Assembly (NCBI RefSeq): GCF_000006765.1
Contig: NC_002516.2
Source of the DNA: Pseudomonas aeruginosa PAO1
GTDB lineage: Bacteria > Pseudomonadota > Gammaproteobacteria > Pseudomonadales > Pseudomonadaceae
Length of the DNA: 64,000 bases
Reading direction: 5' to 3' (one strand)
Part shown: piece by piece, positions 1-9,206 of the stretch
Layout: every line of letters starts with the position of its first letter
How positions within the stretch are numbered: the stretch's first letter is position 1
Position numbers and translations under genes: made by a program
Notes under the pieces: generated by a model
Told to the model about the DNA's origin: nothing
Databases searched by the model: none
What the model saw: only the letters and a program-made list of their open reading frames with translations

Positions 1-1
1 C

Positions 2-1168
2 GGCCATCTCGGCGACCGCATCGGCCGCAAGACCACCCTGGTGATCACCCTGATAATGATGGGCATCGCCACGACCTGCATCGGCCTGTTGCCGGTCTAT
101 ACGCAGATCGGCATCTGGGCACCGATCTCCCTGGTGGCGCTGCGTATCGTCCAGGGCATCGCGGTCGGCGGCGAGTGGGGCGGCGCGATCCTGATCGCCA
201 GCGAAAGCGCGCCCAAGGGCAAAGGCATCCTGTACGCCGCCTTCGCCCAGCAGGGCTCGCCCACCGGCAACCTGCTGGCGACCCTGGCGTTCTTCGCCCT
301 CAGCGCCCTGCCCGCCTCGGACTTCATTCTCTGGGGCTGGCGCGCGCCGTTCCTGCTCTCTGCGGTGCTGGTCATCGTCGGCATGGTGATCCGCCTGAAG
401 CTGGAGGAGTCGGAAGACATGAAGCGCGTGCTGGCGCAGAAGCGCACGGTGAAGCTGCCGCTCGCCGAGGTGCTGGGCAAGCACTGGAAGATCGTCCTGC
501 TCGGCGCCGGCGTGCTGCCGATCATCCACGTCACCTACTTCAAGAGCACCTTCGCCCTCTCCTGGGCGACCAAGACCCTCGGCTACAGCCAGGGCACCTT
601 CCTCAGCATCATCGTGGTCGCGCTGGTGGTGCAGTTCCTCAGCCAGCCACTGGGGGCGCTGCTCACTTCGCGCATCGACATGCGCAAGGCGGCATGCCTG
701 ATGGTGCTGCCGGAGTTCATCCTGATGCCGGCGATGTTCTTCGCCGTAGAAACCAAGGTCTACTGGATCGCCGCGGTCGGCATGTGCCTGGCCACGGTGC
801 CGCACGCGATGTTCTACGGCGCGGTGGGCGGTATCCTCGCCCGAGCCTTCCCGGCGCGGGTGCGCTACACCGGCCTGTCGCTGGCCTACCAGCTCTGCTC
901 GCTGCTGGTCGGCGGCGGTACACCGGTACTGGCCCAGTGGATTCTCAACAGTACCGGCAGCATCGTCGGCGTGGCCCTGGCCTCAGCCTGCTACGCGCTG
1001 GTCTCGCTGGCCTGTACCCTGGCCCTGTTGCGGATCACCGGGTTCCACGCCAGCGACCTGTCGACCGCCGAGCGCGCCGACGCCGAGGACTTGCAGCGGC
1101 CCGTAGCGGTCGAGCGGGAACCGGTGTTGCGCGCCCCCGCCCGGCTTCTGGGCGGCGATCCCGGCTAG
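2..1168 (+). CDS. MFS metabolite:H+ symporter (MHS family), 5' end outside window
   Basis: Frame is open from base 2 (GHLGDRIGRKTTL, MFS motif A); QGIAVGGEWGG motif; many TM segments. Confidence 0.9.
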   Translation, partial: GHLGDRIGRKTTLVITLIMMGIATTCIGLLPVYTQIGIWAPISLVALRIVQGIAVGGEWGGAILIASESAPKGKGILYAAFAQQGSPTGNLLATLAFFALSALPASDFILWGWRAPFLLSAVLVIVGMVIRLKLEESEDMKRVLAQKRTVKLPLAEVLGKHWKIVLLGAGVLPIIHVTYFKSTFALSWATKTLGYSQGTFLSIIVVALVVQFLSQPLGALLTSRIDMRKAACLMVLPEFILMPAMFFAVETKVYWIAAVGMCLATVPHAMFYGAVGGILARAFPARVRYTGLSLAYQLCSLLVGGGTPVLAQWILNSTGSIVGVALASACYALVSLACTLALLRITGFHASDLSTAERADAEDLQRPVAVEREPVLRAPARLLGGDPG

Positions 1169-2238
1169 CCGGCAGCGCCCATGCGCCGCTCGTGCTCCAG
1201 CAACCAGCGCTTGCGCCACAGGCCACCGCCATAGCCGGTCAGGGAACCGTCCGAACCGATGACGCGGTGGCAGGGAATCACGATGGCGATCTGGTTGGCT
1301 CCGTTGGCGCGGGCCACGGCGCGCACCGACGACGGCGAGCCGATGGACCTGGCCAGCCCGGCGTAGCTCTGCGTGCTGCCGCACGGTACCTCGCGCAGCG
1401 CCTGCCAGACCGTGCGGGTGAAGGCCGAGGCGTTCAGCGCCAAGGGGGTCTGGAAGCGCACTGGAGTACCGCCGAAGTAGTCGGCGAGTTCCGCCTCGAT
1501 CCTGTCGATGGAGGCGAAACGGCCGAAACCGATGCTCGATCCGCTGCTCTTCTGCAGGCGTTTCAGCTCCCCGCTCAACGCCGGGCGGTCGAAGAATTCC
1601 AGCAGGTGCAGGGCCTGCGCATCGGCCACCGCGAGCATGGCGCCGAGCGGGGTCTGCAGCCAGTCCGCCTTGAGCAGCTCGCGCCCGCGCAACTGCGACG
1701 GCGGCTCGCCCAGCAGGCGCGCGAAGGCGCTACGGAAGCCGCTGTCGGAGTCGAAGCTGGCATCCAGTTGCGCGTCGATCACCCGCGCGCCCGAGGACAG
1801 CCGCTCGGCGACCTGGCCAAGACGGCGCAGGCGAGCCATTTCCAGAAAGGTCACGCCGAACTCGCGCTTGAAGGCACGGCGCACGGTGGACGGGTCATAG
1901 CCCAGCGCCGCCAGGTCGTCTTCGAACCAGCGCCGCTGCGGTTGCCGACCGAGGCGCTGGAGCAGGTCGCTGACCAGCGGCCCCTGCGTGCCGAGCCGTT
2001 CCAGCGGCCGGCAACGCAGGCAGGGCCGGAAGCCGGCCTCGACGCAACCCTTGATCGAATCGAAGAACAGGGTGTTCTCGCGCTTCGGCTTGCGCGCCGG
2101 GCAGGTCAGGCGGCAGAACACCCCGGTGCTCTTCACCCCGACGAAGGCGAAGCCATCGTAGGCGGGGTCGCGCGCCAACAGCGCGGCATACAGGGTGTCG
2201 TCATCGGGAAGGGGAAGGAACAACGCTGCATGGGACAT
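1165..2238 (-). CDS. ada: Ada-type bifunctional regulator / O6-methylguanine-DNA methyltransferase
   Basis: ATG at 2238 (MSHAALF); Zn domain CRLTC...PCLRC, AraC HTH, C-terminal PCHRV active site. The 3732 start in the track is a shadow extension. Confidence 0.9.
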   Translation of the reverse strand: MSHAALFLPLPDDDTLYAALLARDPAYDGFAFVGVKSTGVFCRLTCPARKPKRENTLFFDSIKGCVEAGFRPCLRCRPLERLGTQGPLVSDLLQRLGRQPQRRWFEDDLAALGYDPSTVRRAFKREFGVTFLEMARLRRLGQVAERLSSGARVIDAQLDASFDSDSGFRSAFARLLGEPPSQLRGRELLKADWLQTPLGAMLAVADAQALHLLEFFDRPALSGELKRLQKSSGSSIGFGRFASIDRIEAELADYFGGTPVRFQTPLALNASAFTRTVWQALREVPCGSTQSYAGLARSIGSPSSVRAVARANGANQIAIVIPCHRVIGSDGSLTGYGGGLWRKRWLLEHERRMGAAG

Positions 2239-2327
2239 GGCCGGCTCCGGAACCAGGGAGGCGATGGATAGCCACTCTAGGCCAGGAGCCTGCGCCTTGC
2301 CGCCGCGAAACAGGCGTCGATTCTTTC

Positions 2328-3650
2328 TCAGCCCTCCTCGAAACGCATCTCCGGCGGCGGCTCGCGGAAACCGTGGGTGATCGCCGCCAGGTACACCGCG
2401 CCCAGCGCCAGCCAGCAGAGGCCGAGGATGATCGCCAGATGGTCGAGGCTGGCCATCAACCACAGGTCGGCGACCAGGCCGATGCCAGGGAATACCAGGA
2501 ACAACAGGGTTTCCCGTGGACCGCGGCGCTCGGCGCCAAGGTAGTAGTGGAAGACCACCGACAGGTTGACCAGGCTGAAGGCGAGGAAGGCGCCGAAGTT
2601 GATGAACGACGTGGAGGTGGTCACGTCCATCTGTAGCGCCAGCAAGGCCACCACACCGCACAGGATGATGCTGTTCGCCGGCGTCTCGAAGCGCTTGCCG
2701 AGACGACCGAAGAACGGCCGCGGAAGGACGCCGTCGCGGCCCATGGCGAAGAGCAGGCGCGAGGCGCTGGCCTGGGCCGAGAGACCGGAGGTGAACTGGC
2801 CGACGATCAGGCCGACCAGGAAGAAGGTCACGAACAGGTCGCCACCGATGTTGCGGGCGATCTCGTAGGCCGCCGAGTCCGCGCTGTCGAAGGCGAACGA
2901 CGGGTGCGCCAGTTGCACGAAGTACGAGGTGACGATGAAGATCAACCCGCCCAGCAGGGTGATCAGCAGGATCGCCCGCGGGATGTTGCGCCGCGGGTCG
3001 CGGGTTTCCTCGGTCAGGGTACTGACCGCGTCGAAACCGAGGAACGAGTAGCAGGCGATCGCCGCACCGCTCATCACCAGCGGCACCTGCAGGTCGCCAC
3101 CGAGCAACGGTTGCAGTGACCATAACGGCTTGCCCGGGTCGCCCAGCACGTAGTGCACGCAGAGTGCGACGAAGGCGCCGAGGACCAGGAACTGCACCAG
3201 CATCAGCAGGCCATTGACGTTCTTCGCCAGGCGCAGGCCGACGATGTTGATCGTCGTGGTCACGCCGATGAACGCCAGCACCCAGACCGCGTTGGGTACC
3301 GCGGGAAAGGCCGAGTGCAGGTAGGCGGCGCCGATCAGCCAGATCGCCATCGGCAGGAACAGGTAGTCGAGCAGCACCGCCCAGCCGGCGATGAAGCCGA
3401 GCCGGGAATCGATGGCCTTGCGCACGTAGGTATAGGCCGAGCCGGCCACGGGGAAGGCCGCGGCCATGCGCCCGTAGCTGAGGGCGGTGAAGAGCATCGC
3501 CAGGGAAGCGGCGATGTAGGCGGCGGGGACGTGTCCCTGGGTGGTCTCGGCGAGGATGCCGAAAGTCCCGAGGACGATGATGGGGGTCATGTAGGCGATG
3601 CCGAACAGCACCACGGAACCCAGCGACAGGGTGCGCTTGAGTCTGGCCAT
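2328..3650 (-). CDS. APC-family amino acid/polyamine permease
   Basis: 440 aa, about 12 TM; AGSAYTY and FLGFDAVSTLTEE motifs; GGAG RBS. Confidence 0.9.
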   Translation of the reverse strand: MARLKRTLSLGSVVLFGIAYMTPIIVLGTFGILAETTQGHVPAAYIAASLAMLFTALSYGRMAAAFPVAGSAYTYVRKAIDSRLGFIAGWAVLLDYLFLPMAIWLIGAAYLHSAFPAVPNAVWVLAFIGVTTTINIVGLRLAKNVNGLLMLVQFLVLGAFVALCVHYVLGDPGKPLWSLQPLLGGDLQVPLVMSGAAIACYSFLGFDAVSTLTEETRDPRRNIPRAILLITLLGGLIFIVTSYFVQLAHPSFAFDSADSAAYEIARNIGGDLFVTFFLVGLIVGQFTSGLSAQASASRLLFAMGRDGVLPRPFFGRLGKRFETPANSIILCGVVALLALQMDVTTSTSFINFGAFLAFSLVNLSVVFHYYLGAERRGPRETLLFLVFPGIGLVADLWLMASLDHLAIILGLCWLALGAVYLAAITHGFREPPPEMRFEEG

Positions 3651-3666
3651 TACTGCTTACTCCGGA

Positions 3667-3681
3667 ATTATCGTTTGTTAT
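3667..3681 (-). promoter_or_regulatory. A-rich Hfq/Crc-type motif ahead of permease RBS
   Basis: Minus strand ATAACAAACGATAAT directly 5' of the GGAG RBS in otherwise GC-rich DNA. Confidence 0.45.
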
Positions 3682-3849
3682 GGCAGTGGCCCGCAGCCGG
3701 CCGGGCCGCGGGGCGCAGGGGCCTCCCCTCACCCGGGAGACCGGCGGACGCTCGGGCGCCCATCGTTGTGCTACGGCTTTCCGGGCCCATCCTCGCCCGC
3801 TCGCTGGCGGACGGAGGACGACGCGACGCTCCTGTCGCGCCGCGGTGAA

Positions 3850-4665
3850 TCAGGGAATCAGCAGCTCGCGCAGGCCGTCCGGGTGCTCGCGGCGCTCGCC
3901 GGGCAGGACCAGGCGACGCTCTTCGAGGTAACGGTAATCCCGACGCGCATCCTGCAACCGGCCGAGGTCCAGTTCGACGATCTGCCGGCATTCTTCGCGC
4001 CCGGCCTCGCAGAGCAACTGGCCGTAGGGATCGACCACAGCGCTGCCGCCGGCGAAGACCAGCCCGCCGTCGCCATGCCCGACGCGGTTGACCATCACCG
4101 CGTAGGCCTGGTTTTCCATGGCGCGGGCCATGATCGCGGTGCGATGGGTCGGGCCATAGGGGTCCATGTTGCCATTGGTCACGATGATCAGTTCCGCACC
4201 CAGTTGGCCGAGGGCCCGCGCGCTTTCCGGGAACTCGATGTCGAAGCACACCAGCAGGCCGACCCGGATGCCGTTCCACAGGGCGGTGGCGTAGCGGTCG
4301 CCAGGCGTGAAGATGCCGCGGTCGGAGGCCCACAGGTGGGTCTTGCGGTATTTCAGGGCGATGCCGTCGGGAGCGATCAGCAGGGTGGTGTTGTAATAGC
4401 GGCCGGCGTCCGCCTCGGCGATGCCGATCGCCACCGAAACGTTACGTTCACGGGCGACGCGCTGCACCGCGCTGACCGTCGGGCCGTCGAGCGGCTCGGC
4501 GAGGGCGGCGATGTTGTCTTCGCTGGGGAAGCCGGTCAGGTGGGTTTCCGGGAACACCACCAGTTCGGTGTCCGCCGCACAGTCGGCGATGGCCGCCAGG
4601 GCGCGCTCCAGGTTGTGCGCGGTGTCGCCATCGCGACCGGCGATCTGGACGAGTTCGACTTTCAT
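3850..4665 (-). CDS. Carbon-nitrogen hydrolase (nitrilase superfamily), RamA-like amidase
   Basis: Glu-Lys-Cys triad motifs FPET, YRKTHLW, VCFDIEFPE; N-terminus MKVELVQIAGRDGD resembles recalled Pseudomonas R-amidase RamA. Confidence 0.85.
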   Translation of the reverse strand: MKVELVQIAGRDGDTAHNLERALAAIADCAADTELVVFPETHLTGFPSEDNIAALAEPLDGPTVSAVQRVARERNVSVAIGIAEADAGRYYNTTLLIAPDGIALKYRKTHLWASDRGIFTPGDRYATALWNGIRVGLLVCFDIEFPESARALGQLGAELIIVTNGNMDPYGPTHRTAIMARAMENQAYAVMVNRVGHGDGGLVFAGGSAVVDPYGQLLCEAGREECRQIVELDLGRLQDARRDYRYLEERRLVLPGERREHPDGLRELLIP

Positions 4666-4674
4666 CGGAATTCC

Positions 4675-4682
4675 TTGTTGTT
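4675..4682 (-). promoter_or_regulatory. Hfq/Crc catabolite-activity motif AACAACAA
   Basis: Exact AAnAAnAA on minus strand abutting the AAGGA RBS of the amidase. Confidence 0.6.
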
Positions 4683-4792
4683 CTCGGCGCTGTTCGGCAC
4701 GCGCGCTGTTCGTATGCAGGGGTCGGCACAGTATGCTTGGCGTTCCCCGCGCCGATAATTACGTCCGAGGGTTAACCCAACAGGGGTAGAAG

Positions 4793-5578
4793 ATGAGTTT
4801 CACCTTGCAGGACATCGCCTGGCACCGCTCCGTCGGGCAACTGGTCGAGGCGCTGGATGCGCCGGACTTCTGGATTCGCCTGGTACGCCTGCTCGAACAG
4901 TACGTTCCGTTCGACAGCTGGGTGGCCCTGCTGTTCAGCCAGGGCCGGCCACAGGTGTTCGCCGAATGCCCGGGCGCCGACGGCGGGCCGGACCCGCTGT
5001 TCCAGGACTACCTGCGAGGCCTCTACCTGCTCGACCCGTTCTACATCGCCAGCCGCGAGAACCCGTGCAGCGGCCTGTTCCGTCTGGCCGACGTGGCACC
5101 GGAATGCTTCGAGCAGACCGATTACTACCAGCGTTACTTCCGCCTCAACGTGGTGGCCGATGAAATCCAGATCAACGTCCAGCTCTCCGGCGAACGCACC
5201 CTCTGCCTGTCGCTCGGCTCGCGGCGCCGCTTCACCCCCGAGCAACTCGCCGTGCTCGGTCTGGTGCGGCCCTGGGTGGCCGGGCTGATGCGCCAGCGCC
5301 TGGCCTTCGAGGACGAAGTGTTGAACAGCCCCGCGGCGCCGGAGCCGGGCTGGCAGGGTTCGCTGGAGAAGGTCGCGGAGCAGATGGGCACGCCGCTGAC
5401 GGCGCGCGAACTGGAGGTCGGCAGGCTGATGCTCAGCGGCTGCTCGAGCAAGGAGATCGCCCGCAAGCTGGCGATCTCGGCGGAAACCGTGAAGGTCCAC
5501 CGCAAGCACATGTACGGCAAGCTCGGCATCAAGTCGCAGTCCGAGCTGTTCGGCCTGTTCCTCCAGGCCCAGGGCTGA
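4793..5578 (+). CDS. LuxR-family regulator with N-terminal ligand-binding domain
   Basis: C-terminal HTH LTARELEV...SKEIARKLAISAETVKVHRKHMYGKLGI; divergent from amidase. Confidence 0.9.
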   Translation: MSFTLQDIAWHRSVGQLVEALDAPDFWIRLVRLLEQYVPFDSWVALLFSQGRPQVFAECPGADGGPDPLFQDYLRGLYLLDPFYIASRENPCSGLFRLADVAPECFEQTDYYQRYFRLNVVADEIQINVQLSGERTLCLSLGSRRRFTPEQLAVLGLVRPWVAGLMRQRLAFEDEVLNSPAAPEPGWQGSLEKVAEQMGTPLTARELEVGRLMLSGCSSKEIARKLAISAETVKVHRKHMYGKLGIKSQSELFGLFLQAQG

Positions 5579-5600
5579 CGGGACGGGCGACCGTCCCGTC
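5577..5600. terminator. GC hairpin between convergent genes
   Basis: GACGGGACGG-GCGA-CCGTCCCGTC, 10-bp perfect stem, GNRA loop, no U-tract. Confidence 0.5.
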
Positions 5601-5605
5601 GCCGC

Positions 5606-5758
5606 TCAGCGGCGCTTGATCTTCGGCTTCGGCCGGCCCTGCACGCACTTGAAGCGCGGATTCGACTTGCAGATCACGTAGAGCCGGCCACGGCGCTTCA
5701 CCACCTGGCAATCGCGATGGCGCAGCTTGGCCTGTTTCAGCGAGGCGAGGACTTTCAT
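5606..5758 (-). CDS. rpmJ2: 50S ribosomal protein L36 type B paralog (missed by ORF track, 50 aa)
   Basis: Hand-translated [50 protein letters not shown]; TGATG coupling to upstream L31. Confidence 0.95.
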   Translation of the reverse strand: MKVLASLKQAKLRHRDCQVVKRRGRLYVICKSNPRFKCVQGRPKPKIKRR

Positions 5759-6021
5759 CAGGCCCCCTTGCCGCCGACGAAGCCGGCGAAACGCTTGTTG
5801 AACCCGGCCACGCGGCCTTCGCTCTTGGTCTTGCGCTGTTCGCCGGTGTAGACCGGGTGCGAGGCGCTGGAAACGTCCAGCGTCACGTAGGGATAGGTCT
5901 TGCCGTCGGTATGGGTATGGGTCTTGTCGGTCTCCGCGGTGGAGCCGATCAGGAAGTACACGTCGGCCGAGGTGTCATGGAACAGGACGGGACGGTATTC
6001 GGGATGGATGCCGGGTTTCAT
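5758..6021 (-). CDS. rpmE2: 50S ribosomal protein L31 type B (Zn-free)
   Basis: MKPGIHPEY...[10 protein letters not shown]...[10 protein letters not shown]; no cysteines; AGGAGG RBS. Confidence 0.95.
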   Translation of the reverse strand: MKPGIHPEYRPVLFHDTSADVYFLIGSTAETDKTHTHTDGKTYPYVTLDVSSASHPVYTGEQRKTKSEGRVAGFNKRFAGFVGGKGA

Positions 6022-6038
6022 GGGGATGCCTCCTACAT

Positions 6039-6057
6039 AATGTTATATAGTTACATA
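6039..6057. promoter_or_regulatory. Zur box
   Basis: AATGTTATATAGTTACATA versus consensus TGTTAT-N3-ATAACA; overlaps the predicted start site of rpmE2-rpmJ2. Confidence 0.85.
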
Positions 6058-6082
6058 TTACTCCGATAAGAATAATTCGCAA
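6055..6082 (-). promoter_or_regulatory. sigma70 promoter of rpmE2-rpmJ2
   Basis: TTGCGA-N16-TAATAT on minus strand. Confidence 0.65.
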
Positions 6083-6261
6083 CTCCGGAAAGAGTTCCCG
6101 GCGACCATTCGGCTGCTCGACCATCCAGACACAATTATTAGCTTGCTTTCTATCCCCGTTTGTTTCCCATAATCAGCGCTTGGTTAGCGCGGGGGGAACC
6201 CGTCGTAGACGCCTCGAAGAAGGTGACTACCATTTTGAACCGAAGCCTGAAGATTGGAGAC

Positions 6262-7875
6262 ATGATGAATCTGTCGCTACTCAGTCGCTATGCGTTTTTC
6301 GCCTGTATCGCCCTGTTCACCTTGCTCAGCCTGCCGTTCCTCGGCAGCACCGAATGGCTCTGGCCATTCACCCTCCTGGGCGTGGCCCTGAGCCTGCTCG
6401 GCCTGTTCGACCTGATCCAGACGCCACACGCGGTGCGCCGCAACTATCCGATCCTGGGCAACATCCGCTATCTGGTGGAAGGCATCCGCCCGGAGATCCG
6501 CCAGTACCTGCTGGAAGCCGACGGCGACGCCCTGCCCTTCTCCCGCGCCCAGCGCTCGCTGGTCTACTCGCGGGCGAAGAACGAAAGCTCGGAGAAGCCC
6601 TTCGGCACCCTGATCGACGTGTACACCGCCGGCTACGAATTCATCAGCCACTCGATGCGTCCGGCGCCACTCAGCGATCCCTGCGAGTTCCGCGTCGACA
6701 TCGGCGGGCCACAATGCAGCAAGCCGTACTCCGCTTCGCTGTTCAACGTCTCGGCGATGAGTTTCGGCGCCCTCAGCGCCAACGCCATTCGCTCGCTGAA
6801 CCGTGGCGCGCAGATGGGCAACTTCTACCACGACACCGGCGAGGGCAGCATCAGTCCCTATCACCGCGAGAACGGCGGCGACCTGGTCTGGGAACTGGGC
6901 AGCGGCTACTTCGGGTGCCGCACCCGCGATGGCAAGTTCGACCCTGAGCGCTTCGCCGCCCAGGCCCTCGACCCGCAGGTGAAGATGATCGAGATCAAGC
7001 TCAGCCAGGGCGCCAAGCCGGGACACGGCGGTATCCTGCCCAAGCACAAGGTCACCCCCGAGATCGCCGCCACCCGTGGCGTGCCGATGGGTGAGGATTG
7101 CGTTTCGCCGTCGCGCCACAGCGCCTTCTCCACGCCGATCGAGCTGATGCAGTTCATCGCCCAGCTGCGCGAACTGTCCGGCGGCAAGCCGGTCGGCTTC
7201 AAGTTCTGCCTGGGCCATCCATGGGAGTTCATGGGCATCGCCAAGGCCATGCTGGAGACCGGCATCCTCCCCGACTTCATCGTCGTCGACGGCAAGGAAG
7301 GCGGCACCGGCGCGGCGCCGCTGGAGTTCACCGACCATATCGGCGTGCCGCTGCGCGAAGGCCTGCTGTTCGTCCACAACACCCTGGTCGGCCTCAACCT
7401 GCGCGACAAGATCAAGGTCGGCGCCAGCGGCAAGATCGTCAGCGCCTTCGATATCGCCAGCGTCCTGGCCACCGGCGCGGATTGGGCCAACTCGGCGCGC
7501 GGCTTCATGTTCGCCATCGGCTGCATCCAGTCGCAGAGCTGCCATACCAACAAGTGCCCGACCGGCGTCGCCACCCAGGACCCGCTGCGCCAGCGCGCGC
7601 TGGTGGTGCCGGACAAGGCCGAGCGGGTGCGCAACTTCCATCGCAACACCCTCAAGGGCCTGGCCGAGATGCTCGCCGCGGCGGGCCTGGAACATCCCTC
7701 GCAGCTCGAAGCCAAGCACCTGGTGCGACGCATCACCGACACCGAGATCCGCCTGTTCTCGCAGCTGCACTACTTCCTCAAGCCGGGCGAACTGCTTTCC
7801 GGCAAGATCGAGGGCGAGTTCTACGAGCGCATGTGGAACATGGCGCGGGCCGACAGCTTCGACGCGGCGGCCTGA
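6262..7875 (+). CDS. FMN-binding glutamate synthase-like protein (YerD type) with N-terminal membrane anchor
   Basis: GGAGA RBS before ATG 6262; IKLSQGAKPGHGG, DGKEGGTGAAP, C-x5-C-x4-C [3Fe-4S] motif; no amidotransferase domain. Confidence 0.85.
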   Translation: MMNLSLLSRYAFFACIALFTLLSLPFLGSTEWLWPFTLLGVALSLLGLFDLIQTPHAVRRNYPILGNIRYLVEGIRPEIRQYLLEADGDALPFSRAQRSLVYSRAKNESSEKPFGTLIDVYTAGYEFISHSMRPAPLSDPCEFRVDIGGPQCSKPYSASLFNVSAMSFGALSANAIRSLNRGAQMGNFYHDTGEGSISPYHRENGGDLVWELGSGYFGCRTRDGKFDPERFAAQALDPQVKMIEIKLSQGAKPGHGGILPKHKVTPEIAATRGVPMGEDCVSPSRHSAFSTPIELMQFIAQLRELSGGKPVGFKFCLGHPWEFMGIAKAMLETGILPDFIVVDGKEGGTGAAPLEFTDHIGVPLREGLLFVHNTLVGLNLRDKIKVGASGKIVSAFDIASVLATGADWANSARGFMFAIGCIQSQSCHTNKCPTGVATQDPLRQRALVVPDKAERVRNFHRNTLKGLAEMLAAAGLEHPSQLEAKHLVRRITDTEIRLFSQLHYFLKPGELLSGKIEGEFYERMWNMARADSFDAAA

Positions 7876-7896
7876 GCCGCCGCCCTCGCACGCAAG

Positions 7897-7930
7897 AAAA
7901 AGCCGGAGGCATCGCTGCCTCCGGCTTTTT
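7897..7930. terminator. Bidirectional Rho-independent terminator
   Basis: AAAAAGCCGGAGGCA-TCGC-TGCCTCCGGCTTTTT between convergent genes. Confidence 0.9.
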
Positions 7931-7944
7931 CATGTCCGCGTAGA

Positions 7945-8316
7945 TCAGCCCAGCAGGATGGTCGCCCAGGTCACGGTGATCACGGTGAGGGCCACGAACT
8001 GCGCGGCGCTGCCCATGTCCTTGGCATTCTTCGACAGAGGGTGGCGTTCCAGCGAGACGCGGTCGACGGTGGCCTCGATCGCCGAGTTGAGCAGCTCGAC
8101 GATCAGCGCCAGCAGGCACACCGCGATCATCAGCGCGCGTTCGCCGCGACTGACGTCGAGGAGGAAGGCCACCGGGATCAGCACCACGTTGAGCAGCACC
8201 AGTTGGCGGAAGGCGGCTTCACCGCGGAAGGCGGCGAGGAAACCTGCGAGGGAATAGCCGGTGGCGTTGAGGATACGCTTGAGGCCGGTCTGGCCTTTGA
8301 AGGGGGAAGGCGACAC
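7945..8316 (-). CDS. dgkA: Diacylglycerol kinase
   Basis: EAAFRQ, VELLNSAIEATVD, SKNAKDMGSAA motifs. Confidence 0.95.
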   Translation of the reverse strand: MSPSPFKGQTGLKRILNATGYSLAGFLAAFRGEAAFRQLVLLNVVLIPVAFLLDVSRGERALMIAVCLLALIVELLNSAIEATVDRVSLERHPLSKNAKDMGSAAQFVALTVITVTWATILLG

Positions 8317-8387
8317 GTCGGGTTCTCATCGATTCGGAAGGCCGGCAGTCTAGCCGCCGGCTGGTCAAAAAAGCGTTAAGCCGTCTC

Positions 8388-9041
8388 TCAATGAGAAGCG
8401 GGAACCGTCTCCATTTGTTGCAGCAGCAGCGCGGCCTGGGTCCGGGTGCGCACGTTGAGCTTGCGGAAGATCGCCGTGACGTGGGCCTTCACCGTCGCCT
8501 CGGAAACGTTCAGGTCGTAGGCGATCTGCTTGTTCAGCAACCCTTCGCAGACCATGGTGAGTACCCTGAATTGTTGCGGGGTGAGGCTGGCGAGCCCGGC
8601 GCTGGCGGCCTTGGCCTCCTCGCTGAGGGCTTCGGCGGCGGCATCCTGCGGCGGCCACCAGGTGTCCCCGTCGAGCACTGCGCGCACCGCCTGCTGCAGG
8701 GTTTCCAGCGGACTGGACTTGGGAATGAAGCCGCTGGCGCCGAACTCGCGGGAGCGCTGCACCACCGCGGCCTCCTCCTGTGCCGAGATCATCACCACCG
8801 GCACCTGCGGGTATTGCCCGCGCAACAGCACCAGGCCGGAGAAGCCATAGGCCCCCGGCATGTTGAGGTCCAGCAGGACCAGATCCCAATCGGCCTTCTC
8901 GTTCAGCCGCGCTTCCAGTTCGGCGATGCTGGCGGCTTCCACCAGGCGCACGTCGGGGCCCAGCCCGAGGGTGAGGGCCTGGTGCAAAGCGCTGCGAAAC
9001 AGGGGGTGATCGTCGGCGATCAGGATCTCGTAAGAAGCCAT
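8388..9041 (-). CDS. erdR: NarL/LuxR response regulator ErdR (CrbR)
   Basis: ATG 9041; ILIADDHPLFR and LDLNMPG receiver motifs plus LuxR HTH; orphan, no adjacent kinase. Confidence 0.8.
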   Translation of the reverse strand: MASYEILIADDHPLFRSALHQALTLGLGPDVRLVEAASIAELEARLNEKADWDLVLLDLNMPGAYGFSGLVLLRGQYPQVPVVMISAQEEAAVVQRSREFGASGFIPKSSPLETLQQAVRAVLDGDTWWPPQDAAAEALSEEAKAASAGLASLTPQQFRVLTMVCEGLLNKQIAYDLNVSEATVKAHVTAIFRKLNVRTRTQAALLLQQMETVPASH

Positions 9042-9206
9042 GACATGTCCTAGTTTGTTCGGCCCAGCCGAGGCGGCGCTCAGGATGCCGACCGAGGGCG
9101 GACCGGTCAAGCCGAATGAGGGATACCTCGTACACCGCGTTCGTCTTTTCAAACACCCCGGCTTGCTGGCAGAGTGGCGGACCCTCCCCGCCCCGTCGAG
9201 CGAGCC

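Noticed and set aside
2291-2298. AAGGCGCA resembling the E. coli Ada box
   Set aside because: Only about 11 nt from the candidate -10 TAGAGT, too close for the known Ada-box position; short match likely by chance.
1165-3732. 855-aa ORF apparently fusing a long N-terminal region to Ada
   Set aside because: The extension runs in the frame whose first codon position is the permease's GC-rich third position, so stops are depleted; the translation is low-complexity R/P/G. Ada starts at 2238.
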